Assembly (NCBI GenBank): GCA_965248925.1
Contig: CBDFLE010000006.1
Span: forward strand, 1,984,001 to 2,048,000
DNA: 64,000 bases
Reading direction: 5' to 3'
Origin: Candidatus Multivoradales bacterium
GTDB taxonomy: Bacteria > Acidobacteriota > Thermoanaerobaculia > Multivoradales > J023
The position numbers and the translations under genes are program-made. The notes under the pieces were generated by a model that was not told the DNA's origin, searched no databases, and worked only from the letters and a program-made list of their open reading frames with translations. Below, one piece after another: positions 19,183 through 28,835 of the stretch (position 1 is its first letter; each line of letters begins with the position of its first letter).

Positions 19183-20324
19183 CGATCAACCTCGTCGTCG
19201 GACTCGATCAGAGCTCCGGCGATAACTTCGGCCCGATCGAGGGAGGTGACCACTTGCTCACCAGCCTTGACGCCGCTCAAGATCTCGGTGAAGTCCCAAT
19301 TGCGCAAGCCGACCTCGACCTCTCGCTCGGTCAAATGGTCGCCGTCGATGATCAGCACTTTGCTGCCATCGATCAAGGCCAGGGTAGGCACGCGCAAGGA
19401 TTCCTCGCGCACCTCCTGCACCACCTCGACATCGGCCGAGGTACCGGGCAGCAAACTGGCGGCGAACTCGGCGTCGTCGAAGATGACTTCGATTTCCACC
19501 GTGCGGTTCTGCTGCTCGACATCGAGCACGTAGGGCGCCACCCGCGCCACCCGGGCGGCGAGCGATCGGTGGCGATGGGAATCGACCGTCAAGCGGGCCT
19601 CCATGCCGGCGAAAATACGTGCCGAATCAACCTCGTCCATCGGTGCGCTGACGTAGATCGAAGACGGGTCGATCAGATCGATCACCGCCGGCACCGCCAT
19701 CACCGGTGGCGAGGGGGTCGACCACTCGCCGAGTTCGATCGACAGCTCGGCGACGATGGCGTCAAAAGGCGCTCGCAGTACCGTCTGCCGCAACTCGGTG
19801 CGCGCCACCACCACCGCCGCTTCAGCCCGGGCGATACCGGCGGCGGCTGCGCGGCAGGATGCCGCCGCGGTCTCGGCTTGGCTGGCCAGTTGGTCGAGCC
19901 GATCGGCGGAGACGATGTCGGTCAGTAGCCGGCTGCGCTCAAGTTCGCGCTGTGCCCGGTCGGCCGCCAGACAAGCTCGCTCGTTGTCAGCTCGGGCGAC
20001 CGCCAAATCCCCCTCGGTCAGGCGCAACCGAGCTTGCTGGATGTCGTCTTCGAGACGCAGCAGCAAGTCGCCGGCCACCACCCTCTCACCCTCGCGAAAA
20101 GGCAGTTCCATCACCCGCCCCCCGACTTCCGGCGACAGCCGAGCGCGGCGCCGGCTGCGCACCGTGCCGGCGCGGGAATTGGTCACCGTCTCCTCCACCC
20201 GGCCGAGTTCTACCGCGACCGTCTCGACGGCGACCGGCTTCGGTGCCAACACGGAGTTGCGCAACCAGAGCACCAACAGCACCACGGCCAGCAACAAGAG
20301 TGCACGAATGATCCATTTACCCAT
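19179..20324 (-). CDS. Efflux periplasmic adaptor (MacA/HlyD family)
   Basis: N-terminal TM, lipoyl-like GERVVAGDLL, coiled coil, LRAPFDAIV. Confidence 0.9.
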   Translation of the reverse strand: MGKWIIRALLLLAVVLLVLWLRNSVLAPKPVAVETVAVELGRVEETVTNSRAGTVRSRRRARLSPEVGGRVMELPFREGERVVAGDLLLRLEDDIQQARLRLTEGDLAVARADNERACLAADRAQRELERSRLLTDIVSADRLDQLASQAETAAASCRAAAAGIARAEAAVVVARTELRQTVLRAPFDAIVAELSIELGEWSTPSPPVMAVPAVIDLIDPSSIYVSAPMDEVDSARIFAGMEARLTVDSHRHRSLAARVARVAPYVLDVEQQNRTVEIEVIFDDAEFAASLLPGTSADVEVVQEVREESLRVPTLALIDGSKVLIIDGDHLTEREVEVGLRNWDFTEILSGVKAGEQVVTSLDRAEVIAGALIESDDEVDR

Positions 20325-20406
20325 GTCTTGAAACTAGCATTGCTGGCAGCGGAAGACGACACCTTGGAGGGCCGTGGGCGCCAAGAATTTCGCTCAGTTC
20401 GCGGTC

Positions 20407-20799
20407 TCAGCCCAGCGGGGCGGTGACGATCAGAGTGCGTCCCTGGCGACAAGCGACAGCCCGACTCCACGGCGGCAAGCCGTCCTTGCGTACCACCAGC
20501 TCGACTGGGTGACCTTCTTCACAAGCGACATTGGTGATCAGCGGCGTGATGCCGCGCGAAACGCCGTCGATCCACACCGCCGCTCCAGCCGGCGCCGACT
20601 TCACTGACAGGACAAAGCCGGCCGCCGCCGGATTCTCTGGCTGTGTTAGCCGACTCAAACCAGCGCGATAAAGCCAAACTCTGGCGCGGGCGCCGAACAC
20701 CGCCTCGAACGGTCCGGCAAACATCGCCACCGACAGCCACAGAGCCGCCGCCGCCGACAACAGTCGCCATCGCGCCGCCCAACGCCAGGGATCGCTCAT
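20407..20799 (-). CDS. Membrane-anchored PEGA-domain protein
   Basis: TM helix followed by LSVKSAPAGAAVWIDGVSRGITP. ATGA overlap with the upstream ATPase. Confidence 0.8.
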   Translation of the reverse strand: MSDPWRWAARWRLLSAAAALWLSVAMFAGPFEAVFGARARVWLYRAGLSRLTQPENPAAAGFVLSVKSAPAGAAVWIDGVSRGITPLITNVACEEGHPVELVVRKDGLPPWSRAVACRQGRTLIVTAPLG

Positions 20800-22328
20800 C
20801 CGGCCACCCGCAGCGCTTCTTCGAGGCTGATCCGGCCAGCCGCGGCAAGACCCACCGCGGCTTTGAGTAAGGAAGTCGCGCCCGCCTGGGCAGCGGCAGC
20901 CGCCAACTGCGGCGTCGTCGACCGGTCGAGCACCAGCAAGCGCAGATCGTCGTCCATCCGCAGCAACTCGAATATCGCCACCCGGCCGCCATGGCCGCTT
21001 TGGGCACATTCGCTACAGCCCGCCGCCTGCTGGAAGACCAGTCCTTCGAAGTGAACTTGGCGACGGCGCAGCACTTCAAGTTGGGCGGGCTCGACCGCCG
21101 CTGGCTGGCTGCAAGCCACACACAAGCCGCGAGCCAGGCGTTGAGAGATCGCCGCCCGCACCGCCGAAGCGGCCAGAAACGGCTCGACATCGCTGTCGTA
21201 GAGGCGACTGAAGACCCCGGCTGCCGACTCCGCATGCAGCGTGCTGAGGATGAGGTGACCACTGAGCGCCGCTCGCACCGCGACACGAGCGGTGTCGGCA
21301 TCGCGGATCTCTCCCACCATCAACACGTCGGGATCCTGGCGCAGCACCGCTCGCAAGCCCTCGGCAAAGCCCAGGCCCGCACTGCCCTGCACCTGGGTCT
21401 GGTTGAGAAAGGGCAGCTCGACCTCCACTGGATCTTCCAACGTCGACAGGCTGACGGTGTCACCCCGGCTTTGGTGGATGTGCTCGAGGGCGGCATACAA
21501 AGTGGTGGTCTTGCCGCAGCCGGTCGGACCAGTGAGCAGGATCATCCCCTGGGTTTCGGCCAGCAACTGGCGCAACTCCTCCAGCATGACCACCGGCAAC
21601 CCGAGATCGTCGAGCCCGAGCCGCGCCGCGCCGCGCATGGCCAGCCGTAGCACCGCCCGCTCACCATGCTGGGTGGGCAAGACAGACAGCCGAAAATCCA
21701 CCGACCCGGCATCGCTTGAGACCACAAAATGCCCATCCTGCGGCTGCCTGGTTTGATATGACACCAGCTCAGAGAGCACCTTCAAGCGGCGCAGCAGTGG
21801 ATCGTGCAAAGCTACCGGCAAGTTGCCGATCTCGTGCAACTCCCCCCGCAGTCTCAAGGTCACCCGAGTAGCCTCGGCCAGAGGTTGAATGTGGATATCG
21901 CTGGCCGCCACCGTGATCGCCCCGGCCAGCAAGCGATCGAGTAGCGCCGGCACGTCAGGTCGACGGTCGAGAGCCGCCAGCAAGGTCTGCCGCAAGCGGT
22001 CTACGGAGTCGTCATCAGCCCGCGCCACCGGCGGCGTCCGAAGCCCCTCAACCGCAGAGTCGGCCGGCTCGGTGGCCACCTGCAAGACATGCCGACGAGC
22101 CGGCTCGGTCTCAAAAATCAGCCTCCGTTCGACCCACCAGCGAGCCAGGCTGCTAGAAGCGAACAAGGCCGCCGCCGCCCACACCATCGGCCGGGCAATA
22201 GCAGAAGCTCCGAAATGGATCACCACCCGCGACAATTCAAATAGGTTGGTCGGCCGATAGAGCAGATAGCAAGTCAACACGCCCGCCAGTACCACCAGTA
22301 CGGCCAGCCAACGCAGCAAGCGAGCCAT
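20796..22328 (-). CDS. GspE/PulE/PilB-family secretion ATPase with N-terminal hydrophobic helices
   Basis: ASDIHIQP, PQDGH, GPTGCGKTTT, TLEDPVE, LRQDPDVLMVGEIRD, GHLILSTLH, CxxC...CxxC. Start placed just after the dehydratase stop. Confidence 0.88.
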   Translation of the reverse strand: MARLLRWLAVLVVLAGVLTCYLLYRPTNLFELSRVVIHFGASAIARPMVWAAAALFASSSLARWWVERRLIFETEPARRHVLQVATEPADSAVEGLRTPPVARADDDSVDRLRQTLLAALDRRPDVPALLDRLLAGAITVAASDIHIQPLAEATRVTLRLRGELHEIGNLPVALHDPLLRRLKVLSELVSYQTRQPQDGHFVVSSDAGSVDFRLSVLPTQHGERAVLRLAMRGAARLGLDDLGLPVVMLEELRQLLAETQGMILLTGPTGCGKTTTLYAALEHIHQSRGDTVSLSTLEDPVEVELPFLNQTQVQGSAGLGFAEGLRAVLRQDPDVLMVGEIRDADTARVAVRAALSGHLILSTLHAESAAGVFSRLYDSDVEPFLAASAVRAAISQRLARGLCVACSQPAAVEPAQLEVLRRRQVHFEGLVFQQAAGCSECAQSGHGGRVAIFELLRMDDDLRLLVLDRSTTPQLAAAAAQAGATSLLKAAVGLAAAGRISLEEALRVAG

Positions 22329-22329
22329 T

Positions 22330-23337
22330 CTATCCACCACCGGTACTCTCGAGACCAGCCAGCAAGTAGCGGCTGAAGCTAGCGCCATCAATGTTGGTAC
22401 CACAGACCACCAAACCGACTTTGCGGCCGGCAAGGCGCTCGGCGAGCGGCCCCAAGAGCGCCGCCGTACTGGCTGCCCCAGCCGGCTCTACCGCCAGCTT
22501 GAGATCGGCGAAAAGCAGGGCCAGAGCACGACATAAGGCAGGATCGTCGACCCGCACCAACTGATCGACATAGCTCCGGCACATGGCGAAGGTGTAGGGC
22601 ATTGCGTAGGGAGCACCGAGACTGTCGGCTATGGTCTTCACTCGCTCGATCGAGCGCGGCTGGCCGGCGGCAAGACTGCGGTGCATGCTGTCAGCCCCTT
22701 CGGGCTCGACGCCATACACCCGGCAGTTGGGCTGAAGCAGCTTGACCGCTTGCGCCACCCCGGCGCACAGACCGCCGCCACCAATCGGTACCACCACCGC
22801 ATCGAGATCGGCGACTTGCTCGGCAAATTCAAGGCCCACGGTGGCGGTCCCCAGAGCCGTATTGCGCCCCTCGAAAGGATGCACAAAGTAGCGCTCTTCC
22901 TCACGTTCCAGGCGTTCAGCCTCGGCAAACGCCTGGTGAACATCGTCACAGAGCACGACTGCGGCGCCATAGGCACGGCAAATCTCGACCCGCGCCGGGC
23001 TAGCGTTGCTCGGCATCGCCACCTTGGCCGTAGTGCCCAGCTGGGCGGCGGCAAAGGCCACCGCGATGGCATGATTGCCGGCACTGACCGCGGTGACCCC
23101 GCGCGCCAGCGCCGCGTCTCCGAGGTCCATCATGTTAAGCAGGGCGCCCCGCGGCTTGAAAGTGCCACCGTATTGAAAGAGCTCGAGCTTCAGATGGATC
23201 TCGGTGCCGGCAGCCAGCCGCCGCTCGATCTCGCGACCCTGCCAGCGCCACACCGGGGTGGTCCGCACCCGCTCGCCGAGGCGCCGGCGAGCGTCGCGGA
23301 TTTCTGCCAAGGAAGGAAAGTCGTCCGCAGCCAGCAT
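22330..23337 (-). CDS. PLP-dependent threonine/serine dehydratase or racemase family enzyme
   Basis: LKLELFQYGGTFKPRGA (PLP lysine), SAGNHA, PIGGGGL, EPAGAA. Confidence 0.9.
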   Translation of the reverse strand: MLAADDFPSLAEIRDARRRLGERVRTTPVWRWQGREIERRLAAGTEIHLKLELFQYGGTFKPRGALLNMMDLGDAALARGVTAVSAGNHAIAVAFAAAQLGTTAKVAMPSNASPARVEICRAYGAAVVLCDDVHQAFAEAERLEREEERYFVHPFEGRNTALGTATVGLEFAEQVADLDAVVVPIGGGGLCAGVAQAVKLLQPNCRVYGVEPEGADSMHRSLAAGQPRSIERVKTIADSLGAPYAMPYTFAMCRSYVDQLVRVDDPALCRALALLFADLKLAVEPAGAASTAALLGPLAERLAGRKVGLVVCGTNIDGASFSRYLLAGLESTGGG

Positions 23338-24209
23338 GGGCGCATCATAACGCCCTCGAGACAACCGGTCAGGGCGAAGGTCAGGGCGAAGGTCAGGGCG
23401 AAGGTCAGAGTCGAGAAAACACTCTGCCATTCGGCCAGGTGGCGAAATTCTGGCGCACTGCGCTCCATGTGCACCACCGCCGCCATCCACTGCCCGCCAC
23501 TGATCGGCAAACGCAGCCGCCCGCCACTGTCGGTGCGCCCCGACAGCATCTTGTCGTCGCCGGTGAGCGAGTGCAGATCGATCAGCGCCAGCGCCAGCGG
23601 CTTGCCCTGCCACCAGGCCCGCAGAGTGATCTCGCGCTGCGCCGGCAGCGGCAGCCTTTCAAGCACCAGTTCCAAGGGCAGGCCCACCGCTCGGTCGGCG
23701 GTGGTCTGCACACCGATCCGGATCAGGCTCTTCAGCGACCGGCGGTAGAGTTCACGCCCCGGCAGCTCGCTCTCCCCCCGCTGCTGCCGCCAGCGGACGA
23801 TTTGCTCGAGTCCCTCCTCCTGCAAGTAGCCGGTGAAGGCTTCGGCGGCAAGTGCTGAGAATGCCTCGGCACTCTCATAGACCACCGTCCACAGACCCGC
23901 CGCGTCAGGGCGCAAATAACCGGCCGGGTCGCTGCCGACCCTACCCGGCACCGCGCTGAGCTTTCCATCGGGCCCCAGGGCCTCGAAACGGACGATCCGT
24001 GATGGTTGCCTGGCCTCCGATTCAGCTTGGCCGGCATCGCCCACCGCAAGAGCCACCGACAACAATTCGCCGGGAACTGCGACGTAACTCGACGGCAGCA
24101 GGGTCATGTCGTGCGCCCTCAAGGAAACGGTGGCAGCGGGTAACAAAAGGACGGTAGCCCCGAACCAAAAAAGAGGCTGCCGCCTACCCCCCAGAACCCG
24201 ATCGAACAT
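23190..24209 (-). CDS. DUF4198-like periplasmic protein with a run-on C-terminus
   Basis: Signal peptide then AHD, FTGYLQEEGL, RELYRRSLKSL, VGLPLELV, WQSVFSTLTF. The reading frame overruns the dehydratase start. Confidence 0.7.
   Translation of the reverse strand: MFDRVLGGRRQPLFWFGATVLLLPAATVSLRAHDMTLLPSSYVAVPGELLSVALAVGDAGQAESEARQPSRIVRFEALGPDGKLSAVPGRVGSDPAGYLRPDAAGLWTVVYESAEAFSALAAEAFTGYLQEEGLEQIVRWRQQRGESELPGRELYRRSLKSLIRIGVQTTADRAVGLPLELVLERLPLPAQREITLRAWWQGKPLALALIDLHSLTGDDKMLSGRTDSGGRLRLPISGGQWMAAVVHMERSAPEFRHLAEWQSVFSTLTFALTFALTFALTGCLEGVMMRPCWLRTTFLPWQKSATLAGASASGCGPPRCGAGRVARSSGGWLPAPRSI
23367..23407. repeat. 12-bp tandem repeat x3 at the expected DUF4198 C-terminus
   Basis: GGTCAGGGCGAA x3, encoding TFAL repeats on the minus strand. 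Confidence 0.9.
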
Positions 24210-24996
24210 CAGTTTGGCGAGCCTGGAATCGGAGTTGTCAGATAAGGGAAAGCGTTGTCGAACTGATCGGCATGCTGGCGCGCTCCATCGGTGAAGGGCA
24301 GCAGGCCGCTAGGGGCATCGGCGGGATTGCAACCCACTCCCAGGTGACAGAGAACGCCCATCATCGCGCGCAGCGAGATATCCACCGTGTCGTCGCCAGG
24401 ACGGCGACCGTTGGGATAGCCAGCGGCATCGCCCGCCGCCACGCCCAGTTCCATCTGGGCATGCCGAAGACCTTAAGGCCGTTGCGATTGTTAATCACGA
24501 AATCCGAGCTGTTGGGATTGTCCACCGAGCCGCGAACGACCTCCAGGGTGAAAGATCGCCGCTCACTCAGCGCACCGAGCCCTAGACCGGGACCAAACTG
24601 GCCAATATTAACCAGTGGCACCGCCACGCCGACTCCACCGATCGACAGCACGAACGGGTTGCGGCGCTGGCGAAAACGGAAACGGAAAGTCAGATCCTCG
24701 GTGATGTCGGCACCGTTGTTGTTGATGTGGATGTCATACACGGCATCCGCATCGAGGGGAAAGTAGTTCGGCCCACCGTAGGGGTCCTGCAGCGGGTTGT
24801 AGTTGGCGATCAAGGTGACGAAGCCTTGGCGGCCAGGTTCGTAGCTGCGAAACATGTAGAAATCGGTGCCGTCTACCTGCGGTGTTCTGGTGATCGACGG
24901 CGCTTCCCGGTGACTGGAAGCAAATAGCGGCAGAGTGCTGAAGCAGCCGATAATCAAGGCGATGGCGATGATCTGGCGGCAAGTAAATCGTTTCAT
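24209..24996 (-). pseudogene. DUF4331-family secreted protein with internal deletion and frameshift
   Basis: N-terminal ASSHREAP...DGTDFYMFRSYEPGR in one frame; C-terminal GYPNGRRPGDDTVDI...FPYLTTPIPG in another. Junction near 24457, middle of the protein absent. Confidence 0.8.
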
Positions 24997-25047
24997 TGCA
25001 TTTTCCCTCGACTAGAGGTTATTTATCGGGCGAATGAAACAGCACTT

Positions 25048-25063
25048 AGCAACTCCCGTGCCA
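25048..25063 (-). promoter_or_regulatory. Sigma54 -24/-12 promoter upstream of the DUF4331 gene
   Basis: TGGCAC-GGGAG-TTGCT matches the consensus TGGCAC-N5-TTGC. Confidence 0.75.
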
Positions 25064-25211
25064 CGGCGGAAGAGATCACCTGCAAGCCTCAAATACAGGC
25101 ATCTAGGGCCTTGCCGGCTCCTGGAGGCGGGGGAAGTCTCAAGCGGCTGCGAGACTGGATGAAGTTGGCTGAGACAAGATGAGACGTCGCAGCCGATCAG
25201 CGGCCAGTCGC

Positions 25212-25909
25212 CTAGAAATCGAGCTGCCAGCGCAGCAGGAAGAAGTTTGCATCGCCGACTTTGTCGACCTCGGAGTGGACGAAGTTGAGCATCCCACGCA
25301 GCGCCGGATTGGGATACCAATTGAGCGCCAGCGTCAATTCGCTCATTTCACCCCCGGCAACCGGAGCGGAGAATCGCCGAGATCTTTGTGGCTGATGCCG
25401 ACACCGACATGCAAGAGCCACCCGCTATCGTCCTGGTAGATCGGCGTGAAGGCGATCCGACCGGTCAAGTTGAGCCGGTCGTCGCCCACCACCCGGCCCG
25501 AATCGTCAGTTTCGTGGAAAGCGCCCAGCGCCCAGCTGTACTTCTCTCCCCGATCGCTGAGCTGCACTCCCACGTTGCGACCGGGAGCAAAGGCAGTGGG
25601 CAGGGAGCGCTCGAGAAAAGTGGTGTGCTTGGAGCTGGTCAGCTCCTCCATGCTGAAGGGTTCATTGGTGTGACCGAAGCGCAAGGCCCCGACGGGAGTG
25701 GCGGCCAAATCGACATAGAGATCTTTGATCTTGGCGGTGCCACCGCCGGCAAAATCGAACTTGAGCTTGAATTCGCCATCCTCCGACTCGACCAGAAAAC
25801 CATTTTCTCAGCTACTCGCCCAACCCTCGGCGCCAGCAGCCCGAGCCCAAGCCAGCAGGGCCAGCGCAAGGAAAAAGCTGAGCTGGCGGATTGCCATCCA
25901 GGTACTCAT
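25212..25909 (-). pseudogene. Phosphate-selective porin (OprO/OprP-like) remnant
   Basis: Signal peptide from ATG 25909, in-frame TGA 25810-25808 (SS*ENG), EPFSMEELTSSKHTTFLERSLP, frameshifted C-terminus LALNWYPNP...RWQLDF. About 700 nt, much shorter than a full porin gene. Confidence 0.8.
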
Positions 25910-25993
25910 CAACAAACCTCCTGGGGGCTTCAACGATCTCCGGCGCAGCGGATGTTAACCGCAGAAGATGAAAGTCAGGAAGTTGCCGTCGAA

Positions 25994-27391
25994 TTATCGC
26001 GGGGCGGCACCCACCACCTCGGTCCAACTGCTGAATCCGACGTCTTCGAAGTCACCGCGGAAGATCCCCGCCGTGCTGGTGTTGATCTGAATCTGAGTCC
26101 CCGAGCAGGTCCCCAGCCAGAGATCGAGATTGCCGTCGCCGTCCAGATCGACCAGCTCGATATCAAAAGTGCCATTGGTCAACCAAGAGCGATCGGCGCC
26201 TTTCAGCGGATCGCTGTAGCTGACTGTCGGGCCTGAGCGCTGCCCGCGCAGGATGACCATGCGGCGGTCACAGCCGGCCAGATCGGTGTCGACATCGGCC
26301 ACCACCACATCGACAATGCCATCGCCATCGAGGTCGCCGATCTTGACGTTGCCACCAAAGCCCTCGGTGATCGGGCTGTTGGTCACCGCGGTGGTGATCC
26401 ACGTCGCCCGCCCATCGACATCGTTGCCCTGGTTGGTCAGATAAACATCTTGCTCGTCGTCGACGACGTAGAAGTCTGGCCGACCGTCGCTATTCCAATC
26501 CGCGGGCTCGACCATGTAAGGCCCGCCGGAGCCAGGACTGTAGATCAGGTCCATGAAGGTGAAATTGCCAGTGCCGTCGTTATACAGCACTCGCACCGAG
26601 GGCACCGTTCCCGGTGGCGCGCCGTTGCCACTGGCGTAGTTCTTCACCAGATCGTTCCAGCCATCGCCGTTGACATCGAGAATGTGGGAATCGGTGCCGA
26701 ACACCGACTCGGACATGGCGGCGGTCATCCGGGTGGCGGTCTGGTCGGTGAAAAAGCCACTGCCGTTGTTGATCAGCAGCCGGTCTTCGAGGTTGTTGTC
26801 ATAGTCGACGAAAAACAGATCCGGCGCGCCATTGCCGGTGACATCGCCGAAGCCTACGGCGCAGAATTTCGGCGCTGGCGAGAAGGTCGGCAGCCGGTTG
26901 TCGGCCGCGGTGTAGAGGAAACCTTGCCAAGTACCTCCCCCATCGTTGCCCAGATTCATCAAGATGCGCGGCTGCTCGCTGAAGGTGGTCACGGTCACCA
27001 GATCAAGCCAACCGTCACCGTCCACATCGACCAGGACCACGTCGCGGCTGTCGTCGGGATCAAGAAAATCCGGAGCCAGGGTCGAGGTGCGGTCGACCAT
27101 CGTCCCGGCCTCGTTCATGAACAGCACATTGGGCTCCGCTCCGGGGGTCGAGAATCGAGCCTTGCGAGCGACGATCACATCCTTGTCGCCATCGCGGTCG
27201 ACATCCCCGGAGACAATGTCCTTCTCCACCGGATCCGTCGCCCCAACACCACTGTCCGCCACCAAGCGAGTCGCGGTCTGATCAGCGAACTCAACCCAAT
27301 CGCCACCCAGCGACGGCAAGGCAAAGCAGGAGGTGAGGACCAGACAGAGCAACACCGGTTCGATGCGGCGATGGCGATTCGAAGGTTCCAT
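25994..27391 (-). CDS. Secreted FG-GAP/VCBS repeat protein with C-terminal IFRGDFE tail
   Basis: Signal peptide, about seven DxxGDGxxD-type repeats, ends GIFRGDFEDVGFSSWTEVVG. Confidence 0.85.
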   Translation of the reverse strand: MEPSNRHRRIEPVLLCLVLTSCFALPSLGGDWVEFADQTATRLVADSGVGATDPVEKDIVSGDVDRDGDKDVIVARKARFSTPGAEPNVLFMNEAGTMVDRTSTLAPDFLDPDDSRDVVLVDVDGDGWLDLVTVTTFSEQPRILMNLGNDGGGTWQGFLYTAADNRLPTFSPAPKFCAVGFGDVTGNGAPDLFFVDYDNNLEDRLLINNGSGFFTDQTATRMTAAMSESVFGTDSHILDVNGDGWNDLVKNYASGNGAPPGTVPSVRVLYNDGTGNFTFMDLIYSPGSGGPYMVEPADWNSDGRPDFYVVDDEQDVYLTNQGNDVDGRATWITTAVTNSPITEGFGGNVKIGDLDGDGIVDVVVADVDTDLAGCDRRMVILRGQRSGPTVSYSDPLKGADRSWLTNGTFDIELVDLDGDGNLDLWLGTCSGTQIQINTSTAGIFRGDFEDVGFSSWTEVVGAAPR

Positions 27392-27525
27392 TCCTGACTC
27401 CTTGGCGACAGCTCAGATCCACCGAACAGCACGTCTTGGCGAGACCTGTCTTGACTTGGTATTTAGGGCCGAGCTAGAAGTATAGCCGGCTGACAATTTC
27501 TTGCCTAGCCAGCTAGCCGCGACCC

Positions 27526-28260
27526 TCAGCTCCCCTCTACCAGCTCCAAAGGACGCGGATGCCGCGCCCAGATCCGCCTGAGGATCTCGCTCTCGCGACC
27601 GGTGATGGCGTCGAGAAAAAGCTCAGAACCGCGAATCTTGCGGAAGGCTTCAAAACCTCGCACCAGAAACTCCTGTAAATCACCAAGCCCGGCCAGCCGC
27701 GCCGGTTGGCGGCCCAGGCGCAGGGCAAAGTAGACTCCGGGCTTGCTGACAATGCGATCGAGATCCTCCCCCACGCGGCGGATCAAGTCGATCTGTCTTA
27801 GACGCTGCGCACGATCCTCGCAACGGCGTATCGCGGCAGCCCACAGCTGATCGTCGAGCTCACCGTCGAGAGCCGCACCCAATTCGCCGAGCAGGCTCTC
27901 ATCCAGGTCCAGGGTCAGCACGTTCATCTCCACCGCCAGAGCAAGAGTTTGAATCACTTCCCGCGGCAAGGTGCGCACCAACAGCGGCGCAATACGCTGC
28001 AAGTCGCGATAGCGCTGAGTGAAGTCGCGGGGGGCATAGAGATCGCTGAGAAAGAATCGTACCGCCGCTCCAAATCGCGGGCTCTGCAGCAGATCGTGGT
28101 GAGTGCGAGCCAAGCGAGCGGACTGCCAAGCTGCGAGGCGATAACGCCGCTGGGCGGTGCCCGGTTCGTCTTCCCGGCGGCGCAACTCCCCCAGGCGCCG
28201 CAGATGGTGCGCTAGCAGCTCGGCCCCCTGAAGGCCACTCGGCCGCTCCTCACTCGCCAA
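27526..28260 (-). CDS. FFLEELY-motif family hypothetical protein
   Basis: WQSARLARTHHDLL...RFFLSDLYAPRDFTQR...LQEFLVRGFEAF. Confidence 0.7.
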   Translation of the reverse strand: MASEERPSGLQGAELLAHHLRRLGELRRREDEPGTAQRRYRLAAWQSARLARTHHDLLQSPRFGAAVRFFLSDLYAPRDFTQRYRDLQRIAPLLVRTLPREVIQTLALAVEMNVLTLDLDESLLGELGAALDGELDDQLWAAAIRRCEDRAQRLRQIDLIRRVGEDLDRIVSKPGVYFALRLGRQPARLAGLGDLQEFLVRGFEAFRKIRGSELFLDAITGRESEILRRIWARHPRPLELVEGS

Positions 28261-28371
28261 GATCGCCCTACCTCCTGCCTATTGGGAACACGTTGGGATC
28301 AACTGCGTGGATTGTCGCACGCCGAGCCCACCCTCGGTATAGTCGCAGGAACCAACCGCTGGGGAGCATCC

Positions 28372-28833
28372 ATGGCGCAGGAGATCGAACGTAAATTTCT
28401 GGTCCGCGGCCAACAGTGGCAAGCAACGCCCGGCAAGCTCTACCGCCAAGGTTACCTGTCGACCGACCCCGAACGCAGCGTGCGAGTGCGCATCGTCGGC
28501 AACTGCGGCCTGTTGACTATCAAAGGCAAGAGTGTCGGCATCAGTCGGTTGGAGCTGGAGTATGAGATCCCGCTCGCCGAAGCCAACCAACTGCTTGAGC
28601 AGCTCTGCTGGCGGCCGTTGATCGAAAAGACCCGGCGGCGGATCGAGCACCGCGGTCATCTCTGGGAGGTCGACCAATTTCACGGCATCAATGAAGGCCT
28701 GGTGGTCGCCGAGGTCGAACTGGAGCGAGCCGGTGAAGCCGTCGATCTGCCACCGTGGGTGGGCGAAGAAGTCTCCCACGATCCGCGCTATTTCAATTCC
28801 AACCTGATCGCCCACCCGTTCAGCGATTGGTAA
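28372..28833 (+). CDS. CYTH-domain triphosphate tunnel metalloenzyme
   Basis: EIERKFLV, QGYL, VRVR, IEKTR, WEVDQF, VAEVEL, DPRYFN. Confidence 0.92.
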   Translation: MAQEIERKFLVRGQQWQATPGKLYRQGYLSTDPERSVRVRIVGNCGLLTIKGKSVGISRLELEYEIPLAEANQLLEQLCWRPLIEKTRRRIEHRGHLWEVDQFHGINEGLVVAEVELERAGEAVDLPPWVGEEVSHDPRYFNSNLIAHPFSDW

Positions 28834-28835
28834 AC

